A stretch of DNA of 64,000 bases from Utricularia gibba (lineage: Eukaryota; Plantae; Magnoliophyta): positions 2,480,001-2,544,000 of the forward strand of contig NEEC01000017.1 in the NCBI GenBank assembly GCA_002189035.1. Reading direction: 5' to 3'. Position 1 is the first letter of the stretch. Each line of letters opens with the position of its first letter. The position numbers and the translations under genes are program-made. This document shows, one piece after another, positions 41,613 through 51,420 of the stretch. Under the pieces are notes generated by a model. That model searched no databases and was not told where the DNA came from. It worked only from the letters and a program-made list of their open reading frames with translations.

Positions 41613-43940
41613 TCACGGTGATGATCAGAAGGCCCATGAACGAAGTAGTCAGCAGTGGTGATGAAAACGACAGTAGCTGGTTGTTGCCTGTGATGATGGA
41701 GTGTTGTACAAAGGCGCTTTCGTTCTAATCTTCCATCTCCATTCTCCACGTAGCGTTTCATTTCCTGTATCAAAACTTTTTTGTCTCGAAATGTCTCCTT
41801 GCACGATTCGCTTACATTAATAGACACCATGATCAACAATTGAATGGAATGATTCCAATGGACGTGTTAAGCAAGTTGTGTTGTCCCCGAGAGAACTCTC
41901 TCGCTCCCATTCCCATTTGAAGACCTGCAAGATACTTTCCCGGTTCACGTGCAGCATCCAGGCGAAGTTTGGAACATGGCACAAGTGAAAAGAAGGAAAA
42001 ATGTTGGCCAGTTCAGGGGCAGAGGAACACAACACAAGTAAGGTTAAGTATAGAGTACAAATTGGTGGTGGGTTGTCGTCCCGGCCGTCGTATTCTCGGA
42101 TCCTGGAAACGGGGGGTGGGAATTAAATGCAGTTTATCAGCTACTGTTACAGGCGTTATTGAAAGTAACGGTAAGTGGGATAGTGGAATTAAATGCTGAT
42201 GAGAAATGGATATGAAATGGGGTAGCGATGGCTCGTGGCCGTGGCAGCTCCTCTACAGGCCCTCTCTTCTTTTTACAGTGTCACTGTAATTAAATATACA
42301 GGAGATATGCCTAAGATGCCAGGGTAGGCATGCAATGCAGGGCAAGGGCTCCCAATTCCCCAAAAAAAAACCTGGTGGACTGACATTCCCCCGTGTTTTT
42401 TCACATCCCACAAACACCGATGCTTCTTCACTACTTCCAAGGATGGACGGAAGAATAATACCATAGTTCAAATGTACATTCACACCAGTGTATGACTAGA
42501 GAAGCACCCAAGCATGCACTAATCAACACACTGATCCATAAAAAAAAAAAGGAACAAGGATTAATTTTTCTCCACTGTGGGGTCAATCAAAGCTGTGGAA
42601 TCATACCAAGTACTGCTCAAAAACCCCACCTCAGGACAGTGCTTTCTTAACTACGCATACCTTGAACCGGATCCAGAGGTCAAAAGTAGAGGAACCCTAT
42701 TTAGTACGCAAGGGGTTGAGTTGGGATTAACTGATGGCAATTATGGAACAGTTCAGAGTAAAGTGCAGTACTCCTTCACCTGCATCAAGACGGGATGAAT
42801 GGTGATTAATGAAAGCCTTGGTTGGTTGGTTGTTAGTCAACTCCAAAAGTGTCCGTATTAATAGTACACTTGCCCCCAGTGAGAAGACTAACCCCAATCC
42901 CCTGGTAAAAGCAAACGAACACAGTACTTAAAAGCAGTAGTTGCAAAAGCTTTTGGTCCCTTGTGAATGGGGGAAGTGGGGATGCTGAATCTGTCCTGAG
43001 CGCAGCTGTTTAATCTCTTAAAACCCGCTTTATATTAACTCACAGTGGGGTTTCCTCATGATCCCGTCAGCAACAGGACCAAAGCCCTTGAATTGTATTT
43101 CCTTGACCGGTGAACGAGGTAAAAGTTAAATCAGAATTTACCTGCAGTAGCAGCAGAGGCAGCATATTTACCTTACCCATGACAAATCCGGGATAAAAAC
43201 TATCATCAAAGGACTGGTTGTAGTCATGGGTCATCGTCACACACCATGACCGAGTTGCAGCCATGTGAGTCGTCGGCTAGCAGTCGCTCTACTAGCAGCC
43301 ATGTGAAGCATGCATCATTATCATGTTTCATACCATCGATTGGCCACGGCCATGTTGCGTTGCATCATTGGGGTATGTGACCGATGATATGCTTCCTTCC
43401 TTGAAAAGGCCAAGCAGCCGAGAGATGCATAAAGCATCGCCCGCACCCAGCCTCCGTCAGAGCACCATGACCATAGATAGCATTATCACAACTACAGCTG
43501 AATGTTGATTTTAGTGATGCTGTTTCGTCAGGGGTAAGAGTGGCGCAGCCTTATGGAGATGTGCCGGATCCATTCGTTACATTATCAGTCTGGGCTGCAT
43601 TGACCTAACAAAACCTTATAACCCATCCCCACTGTCATGCTCGGCCCAGCAGCATAACGCGCACGATACGATAGCACACTCAAGGAAAACATGAACGAGA
43701 AACAAACGACGACCACAGCAAAGGAATATCGCAAGAAGTCGATTGCAGCAGTAGTCGCCACAGCCGATGCATATGCCACTTTACTAGCATGTCGCTGGAG
43801 GCCGGAGGATTATTCTGACGGATTTACTTTGAGAGATCAGCTAAATTAACACAGGTATCGGAACCACGGCGGAGTAATATGACATTCATGAGCACGCGAA
43901 AAACAGATCTGCAGGTATAATAGCAACCGAATCGAAAAAA

Positions 43941-44024
43941 AAGAATCAGAAATCTCGCGTGGAAGCGCCGCTCACTGCACCGATGGTGCTGCGTCTACAA
44001 TTGTGAGATTTTCATCATCTTCTT
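43941..44024 (-). ncRNA. Box C/D snoRNA, predicted 25S rRNA 2'-O-methylation guide
   Basis: Terminal stem AAGAA/UUCUU, box C AUGAUGA (44018-44012) and box D CUGA (43949-43946). The 15-nt guide UUCCACGCGAGAUUU is complementary to recalled plant 25S AAAUCUCGUGUGGAA with one G-U pair. Confidence 0.8.
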
Positions 44025-44150
44025 TAGCCTAGAAATCAAACGAAAACAGAAGAAAGGAGCGGTGATGCCCTTGCGGCATTCGGCGTGATGTTGCAGCAAA
44101 TGCTGTGCCCTAATGAAATCAACCAATTAGGGCTAGCAACTGATTCCTCA

Positions 44151-44274
44151 AGCCCATATAATACAATAGAATGTGCGGACCCAAAAAACGAACAAGCGGG
44201 CCCAATTGAATCATACCAAAATCTTTATTTAATGTGAAAATATTTAGTATTTAATTAAGGGTTGGTTTAGGGTT
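44151..44274. promoter_or_regulatory. Bidirectional promoter: site II motifs plus telo-box-like TTTAGGGTT
   Basis: AGCCCA 44151-44156, GGCCCA 44199-44204, TTTAGGGTT 44266-44274 and a TATA-like element at 44156-44163. It lies between the snoRNA (minus) and importin-alpha (plus). Confidence 0.6.
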
Positions 44275-44616
44275 GATACTAAAACCGCCGGGACGTCTTT
44301 GACTTTGACCATCTGTAGTTCAACACTTGGACGTGATGGCATAGTCGTGAATAGCGTGATATGTGAGCCCTATTACGTACAATACAGTTGGAAAGTTACG
44401 AAGAAATTGCGATTGTCTCCTCCATCCCGGGTTTCGGTGGACGGAGGGCATCCTTTTTGTTCCCTGTCTCACTCCACCCTCGTGGTGGAGAGAGTCCTTG
44501 CAGTTATCGTGATCGGCGTCCTGGCTTCACTGTGCCATCCAGTCAGTTGTTTAGAACTGTGACTTTGTTTCTAGGTTTATTTTTCGCTTTTAGTTTCCGC
44601 TGGGTAAAGGAAAACG

Positions 44617-47071
44617 ATGTCGCTGAGGCCGGGTGCAAAGGCCGAGGTCCGCCGTAGCCAGTATAAGGTTGCGGTGGATGCAGAAGAGGGTCGCCGTCGG
44701 AGGGAGGATGATATGGTGGAGATCCGGAAGAATAAAAGGGAGGAGAATTTGCTGAAGAAGCGTCGTGAGGGGCTTCAGGCTCAGCAGTTCGCGGCTGCAG
44801 TAAATCCGCCTCAGTTTGACAAGAAAGTAAATTGGCTTTCGTGACTTGCTGTTGTTTTGATATCTAGTACTTTTTTTTTACCGCTCACTTTCAGTCGAGA
44901 ATTGAAGATCGCTTTTGTCTCAGTTAGAATATCTCCCAGCTATGGTTGCTGGGGTTTTATCAAGTGATCCTGCGTTGCAACTTGAGTCCACAACTCAGTT
45001 CCGTAAACTTCTTTCTATCGGTATATTATCTGTATTCCTCTTTGAGAATCTTGCTGTGAGTTAGATTTACGTATGTCGTATTCATTTGGTTATGCTAGAG
45101 CGTAACCCCCTATCGAGGAAGTGATACAGTCTGGCGTTGTTCCTCGTTTTGTTGAGTTTCTTTCCAGGGAGGACTACCCCCAACTTCAGGTGATCACGGG
45201 GCTTTTGTGTATGTTGTTTATTCTTCTGTATTTATCGACTCTTTTCTTAATATAATTATCTTGTATCCTAGTTTGAGACTGCCTGGGCCCTCACAAACAT
45301 TGCCTCCGGAACATCCAATAACACGAAGGTCGTGATTGATCATGGTGCTGTCCCAGTTTTTGTGTGGCTTCTTAGCTCTCCAAGTGATGATGTACGCGAG
45401 CAGGTACTTCGCTTCTCATCCGAGTTACTGAACAAATAGTTTGCTTGTATTTGGATCGTTCTGATTATGACTGGTGATGTACATGTAGGCCGTTTGGGCG
45501 TTAGGTAATGTCGCTGGTGACTCGCCAAAGTGCCGTGACCTTGTGCTTGGCTATGGAGCCTTAATGCCATTACTCGCATTATTTAATGATGAAGCTAAGC
45601 TATCTATGTTGAGGAATGCCACATGGACGCTTTCAAACTTCTGTCGTGGAAAGCCGCAACCCCAGTTTGATCAGGTTTGATGATGTCTGTGTATGTTCTT
45701 CACCCTGTTTCATTATGTTGGAGACTCGAATTATGCAGTTGATCGTTGAACAGGTTAGAGCAGCGCTCCCAACTCTTGCTCAGCTTATTCATTCAAGCGA
45801 TGAAGAAGTTGTAACAGATGCATGTTGGGCACTTTCGTATTTATCTGATGGTGTTAACGACAAAATCCAAGCCGTGATTGAGGCTGGTGTATGCCCTCGT
45901 CTAGTGGAACTTTTAATGTGAGTACTACTGAGTGTGAAACGAATTACTTTTGTATTCCGATAGAGAGAATGCGAAATTTTATTGTACCCGTCATCTTTTC
46001 GGTTTTGCAGGCACCCCTCTCCATCTGTTCTGATTCCTGCATTGCGAACTGTTGGCAATATTATAACTGGTGATGACGTCCAGACCCAGGTACGAGTCTT
46101 GAATTTTTCCATTGTGCACCATCAGCTTTCTTGATGTTGGAGGCGTTTTCTTTTGTGGTAGATGAATTCATGATGAACTTCTTACAGTTACTGTTGGTTC
46201 CGTTTCAGGCTCACTCTCTTTTTGTTTGGTTTAACATCTCAGATTATAATCAATAATGGGGCTCTTCCTTGCTTGCATAACTTGATAACCCAAAACTACA
46301 AGAAAAGCATCAAGAAGGAGGCTTGCTGGACGATCTCAAATATCACTGCTGGAAATAGGGACCAGATTCAGGTTTTGTGTTTGAAGTTCAATTGTGAACC
46401 TCCTTGTATCTATAATAATGGTATCCGGAGAAGCTCAAGGAGACTCCTCTTGTAAAGACGTTGAAATCAGTTCTGTTTTCAGACGAATTTGTTGGTCTGT
46501 GTAGGCTGTGATTGAGTCCGGGATAATATCTCCCCTGGTTCATCTGCTTCAAAATGGTGAATTTGAGATAAAGAAGGAGGCCTCCTGGGCGATTTCAAAT
46601 GCCACTTCCGGCGGAACTCACGAACAAATCAAGTAGGACCCATCTAGGTTCCACTTGTTTTGCATTTTTGAACGATTCTGGTTCGGAAAATCAGTGGAGT
46701 CAACTCCCACCCTCAGGTTCCTGGTTGGCGAGGGATGCATCAAGGCGCTGTGCGACCTTCTGGTGTGCCCCGACTCCAGAATAGTGACGGTTTGCTTCGA
46801 AGGGCTGGAGAACATCCTGAAGATTGGAGAGGCGGTGAAGAACCAAGGCACAGGCAGCAGCGGGGATGTGAACGTATTCGCCCGGATGATCGACGAGGCT
46901 GAGGGGCTGGAGAAGATCGAGAACCTCCAGAGTCACGACAACAATGAAATTTATGAGAAGGCTGTGAAGATTCTGGAGACGTATTGGCTTGAGGAAGAGG
47001 ATGAGCATGAACATGAGCAGGTGGGTGCCGCTGGAAGCACACTCCCTCCCGGAGGCTTCAACTTCACTTGA
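44617..47071 (+). CDS. IMPA: Importin subunit alpha, 10 exons; apparent -1 frameshift at 45106-45110
   Basis: IBB domain [31 protein letters not shown]; ARM repeats ([44 protein letters not shown]); acidic tail. Confidence 0.96.
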
Positions 47072-48258
47072 GGCGGCTTTTGGGCTAATAATATATGTAG
47101 TTTTAGCAGATGTGGAGGTTGACTAGTCAGTCGCCGATAGCTGTGCTGTGCACGGCGTAGAACCCATTATCTCCAACTCCATCGCATCCCAAATCGCCCT
47201 GTACAGTGGAGAGATTGCTAGGGTTCTGCAATCGCCAACATTTACACACGCCGGCCGCGCGCCCGCGGTCATCATTTCATTCAGCTTACCCAAACCCCTC
47301 TTCCTCTTCACCTCATTTTGTTCTGCTTTTCTTTTTGTTTTTTGGGGGCTGTGCTGTGATGATAAGGTGGGAAAGGGAACGAAAGGGGAGTTCAATCTGT
47401 GTTGTTTCCAGATAAACATTGGCTGGCTGGCTGGCTGGCTGGTGTAGCTTGTTTCCTTCTTCAGAAGATGGGGAAAATTAAACCAATCGCTTGCACGAAA
47501 AGCTGCGCAGGGTGTCTCGCGGTCCTGCCGGATCCAACGTATCCTTACTCTATGCGCTCTTCAAAGAGGCAAATCCCTTGTGTTTTTCTGATTTCGCACT
47601 TGGATCATCCAACAAGAAGCTATGGCAGCTTCTCGGGCTGGAGAGTGGGAGGAGCGGCCGGCGTGATAGAGGTGAGATCTGGCAAGCTGTCGGGTTCACC
47701 TAGGGAAGAGCCTCCTCCTCCGACTAACTGCTTGCGTTTCTGTAATGGTAATCGGGAGGCGGCGTTTGGCGTGCACATTGTAATTTACGGTCACTCCGCA
47801 CACCAGCATTGATTCACTTGTTGCAGCTACGAATCCGGCTGCTTCCATTAGAAGCCGGATTATTCAGAATGGTAACAGCGGATTTAGTAGCTAATTACCA
47901 GGATTACTACTGTTCCATTAGGAAAGCGGAGGCGGAGGCGGAGGCGGAGGCAGAGACGGCGACAGGGAGAGCATGATGCATCCATCACATGGATGGGGCG
48001 ACGCTGGTCCCCGACACCCGTGCCTCGCTTTCTTCGTCTTCGTCCGGCTCTCTCCACCAGCATCTTGTTTTGTTTGTGTTTGCGTGGAAGGCAGGAGAAA
48101 TAACAAGCAACAGCCAGAATGAAAGATTCATCCAACAAAGCGTCTTGCGAATCATTACTTATTATTATTCTATGGGTTGCTACAAGGTAATAAATGACAT
48201 GAATTCCACCTGCATTCTCCCGTCCCGTCCCGGGTGCCGGATCGTGAAAATAATCATC

Positions 48259-48711
48259 TCAAAGTGCCAACACCAAGAGGAGAAGCCAAGTTAGGAGGAC
48301 TTGGACTGGGAGAGGAGTGGTGAGGAAGCGGGTGCCGGGGGAGGGGAAGTTGTTGAAGGAAGAGGAGCCGGGCGCCGCGGGCGGGGGGTTGTAGGGGTAG
48401 AACGGGAAGTAAGGGAAAATTGGGTTGGGAGGAGGTGGGGCTGGATAATAGCCACTGCTGGGTGGGTAATTGTAAGCCGGGTGAGGGGACGGCGGTGGGT
48501 AGTAGTAGTAGTTACCGCCGCCGCCAGTGGGAGGCGGAGGCGGAGGCGGAGGCGGCGGAGAGTAAGAGGGGCGGGCGGGAGGAGGGGACGAGATTGTCTG
48601 GCACGGGTTGTCACAGGAGGAGCACATAGTGCAGGAGGCCACCTGATCTGCCGCCACCAGCCCGCCGGAGAATGAGAAGAGGAGGGTGAAGAGGACAAGA
48701 AGCGGTGCCAT
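48259..48711 (-). CDS. Proline-rich extensin-like secreted/membrane-anchored protein (CTMCSSCDNPC family)
   Basis: Signal peptide, CTMCSSCDNPC, SPPPP and YYYPPP blocks, PNPIFPYFPFY, and a hydrophobic C-terminus (possible GPI signal). Confidence 0.88.
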   Translation of the reverse strand: MAPLLVLFTLLFSFSGGLVAADQVASCTMCSSCDNPCQTISSPPPARPSYSPPPPPPPPPPTGGGGNYYYYPPPSPHPAYNYPPSSGYYPAPPPPNPIFPYFPFYPYNPPPAAPGSSSFNNFPSPGTRFLTTPLPVQVLLTWLLLLVLAL

Positions 48712-48879
48712 TGCCGACACTTGCAAAAGGTGAAAAGAGAGGATTCGGAGGAATAAGCAAGAAAGTTATTAGTATTAGGCTGGCAGGCAACCAAGGGACC
48801 AACATTCGGGTGAGGCGAATCCAGACCAGGCATACATACAAAACAAAACAAAGCAATACAAAACAATCTGCAGCGCCGC

Positions 48880-49120
48880 AGGGAGTGGGAGTGGGAATCC
48901 AATGCTGTCGTCCAGCGGCCCGGCCCAGTAGTAGTAGTAGTAGTAGTGTGGCCCTCGGAAGCCCGACCCAGCAGCAGCGTGCGATCCGATCCGATCCGAT
49001 CCAACCGATACAATACAATACAGAGACATACATACGCCCGGTGAGGTGAGTGCTGGCTGGTCCTGGTCCAGGCCCACCACCTGCCAGGGCAGGATGAACA
49101 CAGGCCAGGCCAGGCCAGCT
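48880..49120. repeat. SSR cluster: (GTA)n, (GATCC)n, (ATACA)n, (GGCCA)n
   Basis: Directly visible upstream of the Pro-rich gene; it generates spurious long ORFs. Confidence 0.85.
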
Positions 49121-49674
49121 GTCGGTCATTCAATAAACAATGCCCTCCCCTGACTCATCGAACACCCACATCTGCCAGCTGCCACCTGCCACACATACAT
49201 ACAAATCATATTAAACAATTCCCAACAATGCCCACGTCGACTTAACTTTACTTTATCTTGTTAACCTCCAGGGACAAGGAAATCCTCGAATCAAGGCCTC
49301 CCCTCCCCTCCCCTCCTCGGCGTCGTCGTGTGCGGGCGGGAGGAGCACGTCGGCGCGTAACATTGACGTGCCTTTTGCGTCTTCTTGTACCTATGTATCG
49401 CTGCTTTGCTTAGCAGCCGTGGGGGCGATGGATTGATTCATTCGCAGGGTTCTCTCAGGGGACATCGCTTTGTTCCCACGGCATGCCATGCCAAAAGCCC
49501 AGCCTCGATTTGGGATTGCTTCTTCGGTTTGGGTATTCTTAGCCGGGTGGCGGAAATCCCAGGACCCCTACCCCTGCCCTACCGCCCTTCCTCCTCCCCC
49601 CGCGGCCTCCGATTGCTTCCATTTTGGTATTCTCCGATTAGGCGACGCGGAGATTCTTTACCAAGGGGGCCAAA

Positions 49675-50766
49675 ATGCTCTGGGTCTTCAGATTTTCATG
49701 GCTCTTCTCTGCGGCATTGCTCATCGTTGTGCTCTCACCTGCTTTGCAATCCTTTCCGCCTGCCGAGGCTATCAGATCTTCTTCATCGCAACGCCCTGAT
49801 TCGCCCCTCAGATTTCCGCCTCCGTCCGATAGAATGTCTTTTCGCCGCGCACCGCCGTTTCGCAATGCCCACGACTGCCGGCCGTCGAGAATCCAGAAGC
49901 TGGGCGTCTGCGATCCGTCTCTCGTTCATGTGGCGATTACTCTCGATGTGGAGTATCTCCGTGGCTCGGTCGCTGCCGTGCACTCCGTTCTGCAGCATTC
50001 CAAGTGCCCTAACAGCGTCTTCTTCCATTTCCTTGTCTCCGAGACAGGGTTGGAGTCGCTCGTCGGATCGACCTTTCCAGAATTGAAGTTCAAAGTGTAC
50101 TACTTCGATCCTCAGACGGTCCGCACCATGATTTCGAGTTCCGTCCGTCAGGCCCTCGAGGAGCCGCTGAATTATGCGAGGAACTATTTGGGGGATCTTC
50201 TTGAAGGCTGTGTGGACAGAGTGATTTACTTGGATTCTGATCTTGTCGTCGTTGATGATATTCAAAAGCTTTGGAACACACCTATGGGAGGAAAAACAAT
50301 CGGTGCGCCGGAGTACTGCCATGCCAACTTCACAAAGTACTTCACGGAGTATTTCTGGTCGGATTCCCGGCTCCACGGGGTGTTTTCAGGGCGAAACCCA
50401 TGCTATTTCAACACCGGCGTAATGGTGATAGATCTAGGCAGGTGGCGGCGCTTCCAGTACACGCGCCGTATCGAGATGTGGATGGAGATTCAGAAAACCA
50501 GCGCCAGACGGATATACGAACTGGGTTCCCTGCCGCCGTACCTCCTGGTGTTCGCCGGGTCCGTCGCACCGATCGAGCACCGGTGGAACCAGCACGGCCT
50601 AGGAGGCGACAACATCCACGGCAGTTGCCGGAACCTCCACCCAGGTCCGGTTAGCCTCCTCCACTGGAGCGGGAGCGGCAAGCCGTGGCGTCGGCTGGAC
50701 TCGAAGCAGGCTTGCCCACTGGATTCCCTGTGGGCTCCCTTCGACCTGTATGGTCCACCGCCTTGA
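49675..50766 (+). CDS. GATL: Galacturonosyltransferase-like protein (GT8, GATL5/6/7 clade), intronless, 363 aa
   Basis: Has [47 protein letters not shown] (DxD), [30 protein letters not shown] and [11 protein letters not shown]. Confidence 0.96.
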   Translation: MLWVFRFSWLFSAALLIVVLSPALQSFPPAEAIRSSSSQRPDSPLRFPPPSDRMSFRRAPPFRNAHDCRPSRIQKLGVCDPSLVHVAITLDVEYLRGSVAAVHSVLQHSKCPNSVFFHFLVSETGLESLVGSTFPELKFKVYYFDPQTVRTMISSSVRQALEEPLNYARNYLGDLLEGCVDRVIYLDSDLVVVDDIQKLWNTPMGGKTIGAPEYCHANFTKYFTEYFWSDSRLHGVFSGRNPCYFNTGVMVIDLGRWRRFQYTRRIEMWMEIQKTSARRIYELGSLPPYLLVFAGSVAPIEHRWNQHGLGGDNIHGSCRNLHPGPVSLLHWSGSGKPWRRLDSKQACPLDSLWAPFDLYGPPP

Positions 50767-51420
50767 GGTTTGCCGCCGATAACTTCCGGTAGTTACACGC
50801 AATGGGTTTTAAACGTTATTATGATTAATACGTGTGACGCCGGAAGACAAGTCCCCACCCCCACCCTGCTTACCCTCACCGCAGCTTGGTCTGTTGGATT
50901 CTGAAGAGAGGTAAGGGATGATGTGCTCTTCCTGTTCGTTGTTATGATGATGATGAGGACATTGACGTTACAAAAATGGTGAATCATATGCCGGCCAATT
51001 GCCACGATAATGATTCCTGTCTGAACGAGGCACGCTTTTCCAAAATATCACAGCATCCGATTCGGATTCCGATTCCAACCCCTGCCCTAGCTAGCAGCAG
51101 CTGAGACATCCTCCATTATGATGATGGAACTCGTCGGTAGGACCTGGACGCCAACCAACTCCGCCCCCTCCCCGCCGCTGCCGCTGCCGCTGCACAGGTA
51201 GGTATTTCTGAAAAGCATAAGTGGTGGGTGGGATGGAGAGATGGTGGATGTCCAACTCGCAAGTCACTCAGTCAACATGAAATGACCGTTGTGCCCTCCC
51301 CTCCTTGCAAACCCATTAATGAAGAAGATAGTTAACCCAATCAATGATTGGCGGCAACCAAACACCTTAAAATTCCGTACACTAACTCTAGTAAACAGCA
51401 CCCGTCCTAGCGCCGGTTGA

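Noticed and set aside
43030-43560. Other CUGA-adjacent rRNA complements (GUCCUGUUG; CUCUUACCC)
   Set aside because: They are only 9 nt with a wobble or mismatch and lack a proper box C and terminal stem.
44255-44274. Telomere-like TTTAGGG as a possible telomerase RNA template or interstitial telomere
   Set aside because: It is only 1-2 imperfect units, with no Pol III USE (TCCCACATCG) upstream. It is better explained as a promoter telo-box.
47399-47900. Several 50-137 aa ORFs on both strands between importin-alpha and the Pro-rich gene
   Set aside because: I recognise no family, no consistent splice pattern and no preferred frame. A small gene or lncRNA cannot be excluded without RNA-seq.
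48291-49133. 280-aa and 172-aa minus-strand ORFs upstream of and over the Pro-rich gene
   Set aside because: They are built from SSRs and an alternative frame of the real gene.
49470-49799. uATGs in the GATL leader (MPCQKPSLDLGLLLRFGYS*, and an overlapping out-of-frame ORF)
   Set aside because: I recall no conserved uORF family that matches, and the TSS is unknown.
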